This document shows positions 37,095-46,749 of a stretch of 62,058 nucleotides of DNA, in pieces. Each line of letters opens with the position of its first letter. Within the stretch, counting starts at the first letter, position 1. The translations under genes were made by a program, and so were the position numbers. Origin of the DNA: a virus (taxonomy: Duplodnaviria > Caudoviricetes); IMG/VR virus record IMGVR_UViG_3300025127_000028, positions 1 to 62,058 of that record. One strand, 5' to 3'. The notes under the pieces were generated by a model. The model was given only the letters and a program-made list of their open reading frames with translations. It was not told the DNA's origin and made no database searches.

Positions 37095-37385
37095 CTAGCA
37101 TTTCCATCTTTTCCTTGCTTGCCGTAATCTAGAATTAGGATCTTTAGCAGCCTTCGGAAATTTTTTCATTTGCCCCGCACTACGAGCGCAATATGACTTG
37201 CGCCGTTTTGCGGCTTTGCTACCAGCTTTTACTTTACCAGTAACTGCGGTTTTTAACTTGCTGCCGGGATTGTCTCTACGATATTTGGCAACACCTTTTT
37301 TAGTCATGCCAGCACCAGACTTAGTGGGGCGCTTATGTCCTCCACCAATAGTGTGGCCTTTCATTGTGCCTTTACGCCTAGCCAT
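37095..37385 (-). CDS. Small basic protein (96 aa)
   Basis: RRKSYCARS..KDPNSRL..RWKC. Confidence 0.75.
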   Translation of the reverse strand: MARRKGTMKGHTIGGGHKRPTKSGAGMTKKGVAKYRRDNPGSKLKTAVTGKVKAGSKAAKRRKSYCARSAGQMKKFPKAAKDPNSRLRQARKRWKC

Positions 37386-37983
37386 GGAAGAACGTCATCA
37401 TATCTATGGTAGCTATCGTATATTTAACTGACATACCGTCTTCAAACAGAACACCATCAGCAGGTATTGTTCTATCTAAAGTGGTGTTGTCCGTTCCGAT
37501 AGTACGAGATTTAAATAACGCAGAACCGTCTTCTGGAGTGTTATTAAAGAACTCTACAGTTCCTGCAGTGCCACCAGATACTATGGAGAAACCTTTTAGA
37601 CGAACTCTGTTGCCACCATTAATGGCTTCTGCGCAAAGGTCGCCCGACCCTACTTTTATGTTAGCAGCATACTGTGCTGAACACTCTACGGCAGATACTG
37701 TAAGAAATAGTTTAGTTCCTGCAACGGTAGCTGCACTACCAGTAGAAGTTATGACTTCTGTCATGGCGTTACCAAAAACATCTGTACCTGTAATTGTACA
37801 AGTTTTTGCATTATCACCTGTGCCAGTAGTGGTTACAGTAACGTTTCTAGCACCTCCACCGGCAAAGGTAGTGTTTGCCATTGTAGCACTAGTGTTTGGC
37901 CTTGCAGCGGTTACTAAGCGATCATCATCTGACGCATTCTCATCGCTAATAAACTTAGCTTTTATGTCTGAGCTATGACCCAT
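37378..37983 (-). CDS. Virion structural protein (about 201 aa)
   Basis: AAGGAG RBS before MGHSS; T/G-rich; IP.DGVLF..G. Confidence 0.7.
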   Translation of the reverse strand: MGHSSDIKAKFISDENASDDDRLVTAARPNTSATMANTTFAGGGARNVTVTTTGTGDNAKTCTITGTDVFGNAMTEVITSTGSAATVAGTKLFLTVSAVECSAQYAANIKVGSGDLCAEAINGGNRVRLKGFSIVSGGTAGTVEFFNNTPEDGSALFKSRTIGTDNTTLDRTIPADGVLFEDGMSVKYTIATIDMMTFFHG

Positions 37984-37997
37984 ATCAATCTCCTTCA

Positions 37998-38024
37998 AGA
38001 AAGGAGAGGGGTATCCCCCTCTCT
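37998..38024 (-). terminator. Hairpin/terminator after the 244-aa gene
   Basis: Minus strand GAGAGGGG-GATA-CCCCTCTC then CTTTCTT. Confidence 0.5.
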
Positions 38025-38031
38025 GTTAATA

Positions 38032-38766
38032 TTAGCCATTAGCATAGTCAAAAGCTGCACCGTGGATTTTAATCAATATTTTTCCTGCGGTATAAGCTGC
38101 CTCTGTTGCATCTCCTGATGTCAGATATAGATACTTTTTGCTCAGAGCTGCTAGTGTAGCCCCACCATCTGCTTCCGCATAGAACCCAAGTGTCAAATCT
38201 CCATTGTTTAGAAGAACAGTCCCACTTGTAACGGCTGCATTTTCAGCAGTTGTACCTGTTGCAGAACAAACAAGATTGATATCTGGATCACCGCCAGTTG
38301 GAACCTCAAGACAAGCAAACTCTATTAGGTATGGTATACCGTTCACTGCGCTTGTGAGTTCTGCAATATACGCATTTGCTGCACCGCCATCAGTACCAAT
38401 AACGTCATCGGCTGAACCACCAGATGCTAGACCGCCATGCAGATCAATAAGAATCGTAGTAACGATGTCTCCACCAATCTTGTTGATGAACGTGTTAATC
38501 GCTGCATCAGCAATACCAGAACCATGTGCGTTGGGGGTAACATTGAAGATTGTAGCTGCAGTGCCTAAACTAGCATTGTTTGCGCCAGTGGTTGTTCCTG
38601 CTGCAACAATATTGTCTCTACCAGATGTAGCGACTTTTTGAACTTCAAGAACGCCATCGCTACTAGCGTTTAATTGTTCTGTAAAAGTTCCCAAAGTGGA
38701 GCTTTTAGTTACAACTTTAAAGCCATTTTCGGAGCGCACTGCACCGTTAAAAGTAGTATTAGCCAT
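38032..38766 (-). CDS. Capsid-associated structural protein (244 aa)
   Basis: MANTTFNGAVRSENGF N-terminus; directly downstream of the capsid gene. Confidence 0.7.
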   Translation of the reverse strand: MANTTFNGAVRSENGFKVVTKSSTLGTFTEQLNASSDGVLEVQKVATSGRDNIVAAGTTTGANNASLGTAATIFNVTPNAHGSGIADAAINTFINKIGGDIVTTILIDLHGGLASGGSADDVIGTDGGAANAYIAELTSAVNGIPYLIEFACLEVPTGGDPDINLVCSATGTTAENAAVTSGTVLLNNGDLTLGFYAEADGGATLAALSKKYLYLTSGDATEAAYTAGKILIKIHGAAFDYANG

Positions 38767-38818
38767 GTCTATCTCCTGTCGTGGCTAGTGTCAGCCACAG
38801 TATGCGGCTGTCAGGAAT
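38760..38818 (-). ncRNA. Structured RNA downstream of the capsid gene (possible Mu-gpT-DE motif)
   Basis: TCCTG/CAGGA outer stem and CAGCCGCA/TGTGGCTG inner stem; location fits the described Mu-gpT-DE context. Confidence 0.45.
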
Positions 38819-38823
38819 AAGGT

Positions 38824-38864
38824 ATAGTATATGAAAAAGAAGGGAGTGGCAAGCCACCCCCCTC
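38824..38864 (-). terminator. Intrinsic terminator after the capsid gene, overlapping a sigma70-like promoter
   Basis: GAGGGGGGTGGC-TT-GCCACTCCCTTC-TTTTT; TTGCCA-17-TACTAT. Confidence 0.7.
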
Positions 38865-38872
38865 TAATATGC

Positions 38873-39781
38873 TTATGCTCCGGGTGAACCGAAGATGCCC
38901 AACGGATCGGACACACCGAATGAGTAACGCTCACGGGCTTTGTACCGACTGTTGCCAGTATCAAAATCAGCATCCATAGAGGTAGCCATTGGGCTACGTG
39001 TGAAATGCTTCAGACCGTTAGGAACGTCAGTCAGAAGGAAGAACGCATCAGTATCTGTTAGATAATGATTGATTGTGTAACCTTCTGGGACAGAACCATT
39101 ATTGCGAAGTGCATTCAGGTCATTGTCGGCTGTACCCACACGTCCTTCAGTCTCCAGCAAACGAGTTGCCACAAACTGTAGGTTCGGTGGGATGACCAGT
39201 TTACGAGGCTTTGCTGCGATCAACAGGCCACGCTCATCAGTCCAACCTGCAATCTGAATAACGGCGGCTTCAAGTGAAGTCTCGTTAAGGTCAGCTGCGG
39301 TTGCAGGCTCATTAGAGTTAGTACCACCATTAACAAGTGGATGGTCAGTAGCACAAAGCTCCTTACCGTCACCGTATGTAGTGCTACTAGAAAAGGCATT
39401 ATTAAGAATAGTCGCTGCCTTAACTTGTTTTGTGTACGCCATAGCACGAGCGAGAGCTTTAGTGTAACGAGCAGACAGAGAATCGTAGAGGTTGTCCTCG
39501 ATTGCTTCTTCCGTGATGCTGAAACCCATTGCAACGGTCTCGTGTGAATAGCGTGCGGTGAATGCCTCTTGTGCATTGTCATACTCGATGGCAGAGCCTT
39601 CGTTTTTGACTGGTGCTGCTGAGAAGCCAGATAGTTTTGTCTCCTCTTCAAAAGAGCGATCAGAAGTCTCTGTTTCAAAGATCTCTGCGTGTTCTTCACC
39701 ATATTTTGCGTACTCCAATCCGAACAAAGCGTTCAGGCCGGGAAGGAGTTCTTTAAGTAGTTGTGCGCGTGAAATAGCCAT
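38873..39781 (-). CDS. Major capsid protein (Mu gpT-like, HK97 fold)
   Basis: MAISRAQLLKELLPGLNALFGLEY..KARERYSFG signature. Confidence 0.9.
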   Translation of the reverse strand: MAISRAQLLKELLPGLNALFGLEYAKYGEEHAEIFETETSDRSFEEETKLSGFSAAPVKNEGSAIEYDNAQEAFTARYSHETVAMGFSITEEAIEDNLYDSLSARYTKALARAMAYTKQVKAATILNNAFSSSTTYGDGKELCATDHPLVNGGTNSNEPATAADLNETSLEAAVIQIAGWTDERGLLIAAKPRKLVIPPNLQFVATRLLETEGRVGTADNDLNALRNNGSVPEGYTINHYLTDTDAFFLLTDVPNGLKHFTRSPMATSMDADFDTGNSRYKARERYSFGVSDPLGIFGSPGA

Positions 39782-39794
39782 TGTCTACCCCTCC

Positions 39795-40427
39795 TTATAC
39801 GCCAGCGGTTTGTTGATAACGTTGATAACCTTGGGTAAGTTTAACAATAAACTCAACAAAATTACCATCGCTGTTCTTAGTATCAGGGACAACATCAACA
39901 ACAGTAATCGGCAAGATTGTCGCTACGTTGTTAATGAAAACACCCATACGGCTGTTACCTGACGCTGTTACACCAGTGTTAAGCACAAGCTCCGCATTAC
40001 AGGAGATTGAGTTAGCGCGGCTAACAAATGCAGGGAGTAGTCCACCAGTTGCGCCATCAGCAGACGCGCTAGTGCAGTTTACTACCTTAAACAGTACGTT
40101 TGGATCGTCACATACATACGCTTCAATATCAGAAGCTACAATACTTCCGGGATAGCTCTGACGAAAGGTTAGTTGATTTGTGTTTGGGTCTGTATAACTA
40201 CAACCCATAAACACGCCAATAACACCAGCTACTACAGAAGTGTCATTCTGTAATGTGGTGATAATGATAGTACCATCGTTCTTGTACTGCACCACATCTC
40301 CATAAAAGAGAGCCGTGCCGTAGTTTGAAGCAATGGGGATCTTACGTGTTGCGCCCGAATAATTATGGCCCCCAATCATTCCGATTGGACGAAGACCATA
40401 TGGGGCATCAATGGTAGGATATGCCAT
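39795..40427 (-). CDS. Capsid decoration/cement protein (210 aa)
   Basis: APYGLRP..FYGD.V..GVFMGCSYTDP..DDPN; just upstream of the capsid gene. Confidence 0.65.
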   Translation of the reverse strand: MAYPTIDAPYGLRPIGMIGGHNYSGATRKIPIASNYGTALFYGDVVQYKNDGTIIITTLQNDTSVVAGVIGVFMGCSYTDPNTNQLTFRQSYPGSIVASDIEAYVCDDPNVLFKVVNCTSASADGATGGLLPAFVSRANSISCNAELVLNTGVTASGNSRMGVFINNVATILPITVVDVVPDTKNSDGNFVEFIVKLTQGYQRYQQTAGV

Positions 40428-40458
40428 CTATTTATCTCCAGATAACAAAGGTTTAATG

Positions 40459-40908
40459 TTACCCCCCAGATCCAAAAGTAACTTTTGACTTCCGCTCATG
40501 GAAAAGCGGCATCCGGGGATCGTTTTCTCTCATAAGGTTGTTATCAACTGAGTCAATCTGACCCCGCGTCTGTTGTTCGTAATACGCGGTGCGCTCATCA
40601 ATCAGTTCTTGTGGAGCTTTACAAAGAATTAGACCTCCGATTACGACATTATCTTTGAATTTTTCATTCTCAATAGTGACCATTGTAATCTCTGGATGAT
40701 CTGTAGCTTTTACAGGCTCCCAACCTTCACGAAATTTAGAGGAAACATTGGTGGCGTCAGTTTGCCCCTGCGTGGCGACTCTAATCCAACGAAATGCGTA
40801 ACCCGGCTCAGGATTCGGTGAGGGCAGTGTCTCTGGTCTTTGCCAAGCTCTAGTACGGGTCGTTTTTTCATGGGTGGTCTCTTCACGTTTAATACGATTT
40901 TCAGCCAT
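40459..40908 (-). CDS. Conserved head-module protein (149 aa)
   Basis: FRWIR..REGWEPV..GGLILCK. Confidence 0.75.
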   Translation of the reverse strand: MAENRIKREETTHEKTTRTRAWQRPETLPSPNPEPGYAFRWIRVATQGQTDATNVSSKFREGWEPVKATDHPEITMVTIENEKFKDNVVIGGLILCKAPQELIDERTAYYEQQTRGQIDSVDNNLMRENDPRMPLFHERKSKVTFGSGG

Positions 40909-41918
40909 TAGTTCTTCCTCATTTCTTCTGCAACCTTTTGGGCGTATAGTTCTAAGGGTACTCCGAGTCGTTTAGCTATAGACACTTGTGTTTGCGTTAG
41001 CGTTACTTTCTTTGGCGCTGCGCTCCGCGTTGCGGGTGCAACCACATTTGCCTGTTTCTTAGGCTTCTCGACTTCTATTTCAGCATCCTCGAAACTATCG
41101 GGGAATACTTGGCGCATACGAGAATCAATTTTCTCGTAGTATTCGTCGCTTCCGATGGCAACGCCATCTTTCTGAAGCTTTGCGTGCAACCCCATTGCTA
41201 GAGCGGTCATTTCATCGTCTGACCCGAACCATGAATTAGCTGCTGCCCATTCATTAGCCCGTGTATCTACCGGTGGAGCGGTTTCTGTTGGTAAGTTAAC
41301 AGGAGTTTCTTCCTCCTGTAAAGCGGGAAGTTTTAAATTATTTAACCTATCGGCCTTAATCTTGGCAGATGTTAGGCTTTCTTGTGCTTCAACAACTGCC
41401 TCTGCGTCTCCAGACTCATACGCTACCTTATATTTAGCTTTGGCCTGTTCTAGCTCGCCTGTAGCAGATCGTTTAGCTTGCTCAAGCATAGTTGATTGAT
41501 TCTTACCAACCGTGCCTTTTAATTCTTTGTTTTCATCCACCAGCTTTTTAGCAAACGCTTCTAACTCTTGTCTTTCGCGGAGAGCTGTTTCTTTTGCTCG
41601 CCTCTCGTCGTGATAGCCTTTACTAAAATGCTTTATCCTATTCTTTACCTTATCAGAGTATTCTTCAAGTTCTTCATCAGTGATATCAGCTGGTGGCTCA
41701 GAGACTTTACGCCCTCTATCAGCTTTTGGCGTATCATCAACAACTTCAATCTCAAGTCCGTGATTAGGAGTGTCACTTTTACTCTCAGGTTTTGGAGCAG
41801 GCTCTGCAGATTTTTTACCAGATAAGTCAATTTCAACAGCACTGGAACTCTCCACTTCTATGTCTGGTTTATTTTCCTTCTCATCAGGAAACTCATACTC
41901 TACTTTCTGAAACGCCAT
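40908..41918 (-). CDS. Putative scaffolding protein
   Basis: Acidic coiled coil; N.WFG; C-terminal LTQTQVSIAKRLGVPLELYA. Confidence 0.7.
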   Translation of the reverse strand: MAFQKVEYEFPDEKENKPDIEVESSSAVEIDLSGKKSAEPAPKPESKSDTPNHGLEIEVVDDTPKADRGRKVSEPPADITDEELEEYSDKVKNRIKHFSKGYHDERRAKETALRERQELEAFAKKLVDENKELKGTVGKNQSTMLEQAKRSATGELEQAKAKYKVAYESGDAEAVVEAQESLTSAKIKADRLNNLKLPALQEEETPVNLPTETAPPVDTRANEWAAANSWFGSDDEMTALAMGLHAKLQKDGVAIGSDEYYEKIDSRMRQVFPDSFEDAEIEVEKPKKQANVVAPATRSAAPKKVTLTQTQVSIAKRLGVPLELYAQKVAEEMRKN

Positions 41919-41927
41919 CATGGACTC

Positions 41928-42311
41928 CTATACTTTGCAAATTCCACGAGGGTCAGGAATAACTGCCTCAACAGAATCGTCATTCATTAAACGGAACTCT
42001 TTGCCGTTTACCTTAAAACGAGTGCCGGTGTTCATACGAAACATTACATAGTCACCAACTTTACACCATGCGCCTGTGGGGAATCTATCTTTATCGGCAT
42101 AGGCAGCTTCGCCCATATCAATAACCACACCCATAATCGACATGATATATTCTTTGCGTTTCTCATCATCAGTTTTAAGTAAACTACTACCTTCATAAGT
42201 ATCACTTACGTCGGGCAATGCTACCAACAAACGATACCCACAAGGTTTAGGTAATTGTGCGTCCCAATCTTCATCAGGAGTGATTTTTTCAATTGCTTCA
42301 GCCATCGTCAT
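41928..42311 (-). CDS. groES: Co-chaperonin GroES-like protein
   Basis: P.GYRLLV..GVVIDMG..WCKVGDYV..RLMNDDSVEAV. Confidence 0.85.
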   Translation of the reverse strand: MTMAEAIEKITPDEDWDAQLPKPCGYRLLVALPDVSDTYEGSSLLKTDDEKRKEYIMSIMGVVIDMGEAAYADKDRFPTGAWCKVGDYVMFRMNTGTRFKVNGKEFRLMNDDSVEAVIPDPRGICKV

Positions 42312-42495
42312 CTTCCATATAATTGCGCGAGAGGTCTTCTATATAATTCTTGCAGGCATCTAGACCCCGTATCATACCTGTTATTTCCTTATACTGGGCA
42401 AAGTCTTTTGCTCCGCCCCCTCCAAGAAACTGTAATGCAGAGGATTTATCCTCGTCTAATTTATCAATCAGCACGTCAAAGACGGTTTTAGCCAT
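42298..42495 (-). CDS. Hypothetical protein (65 aa)
   Basis: DFAQYK..GMIRGL; typical small gene between portal and GroES. Confidence 0.7.
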   Translation of the reverse strand: MAKTVFDVLIDKLDEDKSSALQFLGGGGAKDFAQYKEITGMIRGLDACKNYIEDLSRNYMEDDDG

Positions 42496-42497
42496 AA

Positions 42498-44954
42498 TTA
42501 ATCTTTCTTAGTTGTAGCTAGTTTAGCTATTTCCAGTTCTGTTTTAGTTCTGCTAGCTTGTTTATCTGCCCGCATTTTTACGCCAGCTTTTTTAGCGTCT
42601 ATACCAACTTCTAACGTTTCAAGTTCAAGTCGTTGTTCTTCAAGTTTTGCATCAGCAATATCTTTTACAAGTTTGCGTTTCTGCTCTTCTTGTTTGATCT
42701 GTATATCAGCAGCGTCTTTCTGTGCCTTACGTTGTTCTTCTGCCTGTCTGATCTGCAGTTCAGCTTGTTTCATTTGAATGATAGGATCTTGTTGCTGCTG
42801 CTGTGCCTGTTTCTGTGCGGCTGCTTGCTGATTTGCCTGTGTAAGTTGCTTACCAGCTTCTGAAACAACCCGTGCAAGCTGCACTTCGATATCTTCTGGA
42901 AGCTCCTCGTTTGGTGCTGGTAGTGGCGCACCAAGTTTTTCTTCGATATCCTTGCGGTACTTAAACCCAAGATGCTCTGCAATATGGGCTTGCAGGGATG
43001 CCATTATCTGTTGTGCTTGTGGGTTCTGCCCGATCATACCCATGACCGATGGGTCTTGCATAAACGCCATGTGGGCGCCGATGTGTGCCTCGTGATCTTG
43101 ATAGATAAACGCCTTCATAGGCTTACCAATAAGTGCGTTCATGTTTTCACTGACAGGATCTGCGGGCTTCATATCGTCCTTTATAGGAACAAGTTTGTCT
43201 GCGTTCTTTACTCCAAGAACTTCAATCATCTGTCTGTGTAGCTGTGGCAGGTCGTAAATCTGCGGTGCCTGAGATGACATTTGCAGGACAGCCTGATACT
43301 GAACAACCCGCTGTGCCATGGTAGAACTATTAGGATCACTAACGGGGATAACATCCACCATCATGTAATCAGCTTGTCGAGCAGATACTTCTCCTCTAAC
43401 AGGCTGATACGAATACTCGGCTGGCGCGTATTCTGCCATCAAAGCCTTAAGAAGCTTGAACTCCTGCTTCATAGCATAGTGAACACGGGCTTGTACTGCA
43501 GCCATCGGCTTTAGTGTACGCTCCAAAAGCGCCAGCGTTGTGCCTACTGGAGCATTAGCTGACATATCAGATATGTTCATATCGCTAATAGCGCCCAGTC
43601 TGCGGCCTTCGTTAGTGATTTTATCTAGCAATGCTAGAAGCGTCTGAGATGGTTCCTTGTACGGCAGAGGCATAATGTTGTCACGAATACTACCTGACGG
43701 CACATCCACATCTTTAAACTCTCCCGGCTCAATAGGAACGTCATCCCCCTTGATACGCAGCCCACGGGACTTCAGTCCGCCGGGCAAATTAGCGAGCGTA
43801 CCGGCATCGACAAGTTGGCGTATCAAGGAGGTTCCTGCTCGTGCATACCCACCAATAATGTGGACAAGCCCAAGACCATAAAAGCCAAACCCCGGTACAT
43901 ATGGATAATGTACAAAGTGCTGGCGTTTCAGTTTGAGCGGATCTTCAGGGTTCCAGTTACGTCTGATCGCAAGGACTTCTCCTGATCCACGCTCTATAGT
44001 TACTACATAAGGTTTAGCGATCTCTTCTTCAGAATCGTCAAACCCTTCAACCACAAGGTCAGCATGTACTTCGTACAATGCATACCGATCATCGTCAGTT
44101 AGAGAATACCCACCTTCTTCAGCCTTACGTATCTCAATATCAGAATGATAAGGCTCTGGCTCGTTAAGGTCTATGTCACGATAGAACCCAGCCACCTGTA
44201 ATTTTTTAAGTTCGTTCTTTGTCTTACGCATAACATGCGTGACACGTTCCGCAGTCTCAATGTGTGCTGCGCTATATGGCACAATACAGTCTTCCGCAGG
44301 TATAAACAACGCAACCTGACGCCCTACATTAGGGTCGTGGTATACTTTCTTGAACGCTGAACCACCTAACCCCAAGCTATATAATAACCTCTCATGCTCT
44401 GGGCGATACTCAACCATATTCTCGGTAAGCTCGTAGTTCATATCTGCTTTTACACGAGCTGCAGCTTCAGTCTTCTCTTTAGTCTCTTCACCTAGAATCT
44501 TTGTTTTTACCGGTCCAAGGGCGGGGAATGTCTCACTCATAGTCTCGGCTTGGAATCTGATTGCGGCTTCTGCCAGCACTGTAGAATACACACCACATGC
44601 GCCTTCCCAAGGATCTGTGCGCTCTTCATACTTAAACCCTAGAACATCCAGACCGTCTACAAACGTATCTGCCCATTCTTTACGACTATCAATATCGGAA
44701 TCTATTAGTCCTATTAGCTCGTCAGCTAATAAAGCACGCTGACTATCATCCATGGCTTCTGCCAGATTACCGTCGAATGACATATCGCCCGATTCCTGAC
44801 CGGGAATAATAGTTATCTCTACACTACCATCATCTAGTGTAACCATTTCTGGATCGACAATCTCAATCTCCAGATCTGGCTGTGGCATCTCACCTTCTGG
44901 TAGTCCTTCATCCACACCTGTTGGAGCTTGGTATAATCCCTTTTCAACTGCCAT
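42498..44954 (-). CDS. Portal protein (818 aa)
   Basis: Follows TerL; SRKEW, GSAFKKVY and PGFGFYGLG; Q-rich C-terminal coiled coil. Confidence 0.88.
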   Translation of the reverse strand: MAVEKGLYQAPTGVDEGLPEGEMPQPDLEIEIVDPEMVTLDDGSVEITIIPGQESGDMSFDGNLAEAMDDSQRALLADELIGLIDSDIDSRKEWADTFVDGLDVLGFKYEERTDPWEGACGVYSTVLAEAAIRFQAETMSETFPALGPVKTKILGEETKEKTEAAARVKADMNYELTENMVEYRPEHERLLYSLGLGGSAFKKVYHDPNVGRQVALFIPAEDCIVPYSAAHIETAERVTHVMRKTKNELKKLQVAGFYRDIDLNEPEPYHSDIEIRKAEEGGYSLTDDDRYALYEVHADLVVEGFDDSEEEIAKPYVVTIERGSGEVLAIRRNWNPEDPLKLKRQHFVHYPYVPGFGFYGLGLVHIIGGYARAGTSLIRQLVDAGTLANLPGGLKSRGLRIKGDDVPIEPGEFKDVDVPSGSIRDNIMPLPYKEPSQTLLALLDKITNEGRRLGAISDMNISDMSANAPVGTTLALLERTLKPMAAVQARVHYAMKQEFKLLKALMAEYAPAEYSYQPVRGEVSARQADYMMVDVIPVSDPNSSTMAQRVVQYQAVLQMSSQAPQIYDLPQLHRQMIEVLGVKNADKLVPIKDDMKPADPVSENMNALIGKPMKAFIYQDHEAHIGAHMAFMQDPSVMGMIGQNPQAQQIMASLQAHIAEHLGFKYRKDIEEKLGAPLPAPNEELPEDIEVQLARVVSEAGKQLTQANQQAAAQKQAQQQQQDPIIQMKQAELQIRQAEEQRKAQKDAADIQIKQEEQKRKLVKDIADAKLEEQRLELETLEVGIDAKKAGVKMRADKQASRTKTELEIAKLATTKKD

Positions 44955-44965
44955 AATATTAACCC

Positions 44966-46522
44966 CTAATAGTATCCGCCACTACGTCGTTTAAAGTACC
45001 GTTGTTCTTCAGGTTCATCACTAGGTAGACGTATAAAGCCCCCCTGACGGAATCTCATAAGGGCCATAACTGTCGAATCAACTAAGTCATCATGGCTCAT
45101 AAACGGGAATCCTGCAATCTCTTCTATAACTTCTTCTGCCCAACGGGTCTCTGGAACCCAACATAAGCCCGATGCTACAATATCAGATACGGAATTTAGA
45201 CGGGCCAACTTATCTCCTGAACCTCTATGTGGGGTATACTCCTGTACAGGCAAACCTGACCTGCGCATTTCTTGGTATAGGGCCGTACCAGAACTTTTTT
45301 TCTCAACGATAAACGCGTCTGGCTCCCAATCTTCGTATTCTTCCATGGCAAGCTGTTTAAGCTCTGGGAACTCCATACGCTTTTTTATGCTGTTTAGCAA
45401 TATAATATTATAATTGTTCTCTTCTTCATTCAAAAACACACCCCATGTCGTCAATGCTGTGTAATCAGCACGGTTGTGTGCTTCTGCTGCCGCATCCAAA
45501 GACATGATAACATACTCACAATCGGGCGGACGTTCTTGTTTCCATATACCCCACCAGTCACGTTTGATAAGAGCGGCCTCTTCTGCGGTAGGTTGTTGCT
45601 GGTATTGCGCATTCCATTGAAACGCAGGCATAGATGCCTTGGTGCGTAGTAGCGCGTTAAGGTCAAAAAACTCAGGCCATAACGGTTTCTGTTCTGACTT
45701 CTTGGTTTTCTTATTTATTATATCGAGTATGGCTGGAAACTCTACCACATCATATTGATCAGCTCGATCATTCTGCCCCATGTCTCTGACAACCCGCCCT
45801 GTCAGATCATCCATGTGCCATCTGGTTTGTATGATAGCCACACGACCTCCCGGCATTAATCGTGTACGCGCTCCGAAGGTGAACCACTCATATGCTTTTT
45901 CAAAGACTTCAAAGTTTCCGTTAATGACATCTTGTTCGGAATGGGGATCGTCAACGAGCAAGAGGTCAGCACCGCGACCAGCAATAGAGGAACCAATACC
46001 GCACGCATAATACTCACCTCCTGCATTAGTATTCCAGCGACCAGCAGACTTGGAATCTATTGCTAGTTTCACTGTAGGGAATATAGAGCTATACTCTTCA
46101 GTAGATATAAGATTACGTACCTTACGTCCAAAGTCCACCGCCAGATCGGTGGTGTGTGACACCATCATAACCTTCTTATTAGGGTTCCTACCCAGAAACC
46201 AAGCCGGAAAGAATATGGAAACAAGCTGCGATTTACCGTGTCTGGGGGGTATGTTGACACAAATACGGTCTTTTTTACCCTCTGCGATGTCCATAAGCAT
46301 GTTTGCAAGCATTCTATGGTGTTTTCCGACGATATAATCAGGCTGCATACGCTTACAGAACTCAATCAGGTCGTCATAAGCCGCTTTATTGGTCTTTCTG
46401 GTGCTTAATTCGTCAACAAGACGGTCGATCTCTACAATTTCGTCCTCAGTGTACTGATCCAAGTTGCCCAACATCTGTTGAACTTCTTCTTCAGTGAAAT
46501 CTACCGCCAATTCAGATGTCAC
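44966..46522 (-). CDS. terL: Terminase large subunit
   Basis: PPRHGKS Walker A, LLVDDP Walker B, QTRWH, nuclease HDDLVDS. Confidence 0.95.
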   Translation of the reverse strand: MTSELAVDFTEEEVQQMLGNLDQYTEDEIVEIDRLVDELSTRKTNKAAYDDLIEFCKRMQPDYIVGKHHRMLANMLMDIAEGKKDRICVNIPPRHGKSQLVSIFFPAWFLGRNPNKKVMMVSHTTDLAVDFGRKVRNLISTEEYSSIFPTVKLAIDSKSAGRWNTNAGGEYYACGIGSSIAGRGADLLLVDDPHSEQDVINGNFEVFEKAYEWFTFGARTRLMPGGRVAIIQTRWHMDDLTGRVVRDMGQNDRADQYDVVEFPAILDIINKKTKKSEQKPLWPEFFDLNALLRTKASMPAFQWNAQYQQQPTAEEAALIKRDWWGIWKQERPPDCEYVIMSLDAAAEAHNRADYTALTTWGVFLNEEENNYNIILLNSIKKRMEFPELKQLAMEEYEDWEPDAFIVEKKSSGTALYQEMRRSGLPVQEYTPHRGSGDKLARLNSVSDIVASGLCWVPETRWAEEVIEEIAGFPFMSHDDLVDSTVMALMRFRQGGFIRLPSDEPEEQRYFKRRSGGYY

Positions 46523-46749
46523 GACATCTCACCTTTAGGTTTTTTAAGATCTTCGGGTAGTTTAGCAAGCTCACAACTGGTTATAAGCTTGTAATTTTTG
46601 TTTCTTTCTCTCCATACCCAGTTTTTAGCCATGGAATCACATTCTTTTTGAGTCATAAGCACATCTAGAACAACATTATTGCCTACATATACCCATTCTT
46701 CTTCTGCGGTGAACCCCCATACACTTACAACAAGTAAAAAAACCTTCAT
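46519..46749 (-). CDS. Hypothetical protein (76 aa)
   Basis: Coupled ORF with hydrophobic N-terminus and two Cys. Confidence 0.55.
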   Translation of the reverse strand: MKVFLLVVSVWGFTAEEEWVYVGNNVVLDVLMTQKECDSMAKNWVWRERNKNYKLITSCELAKLPEDLKKPKGEMS

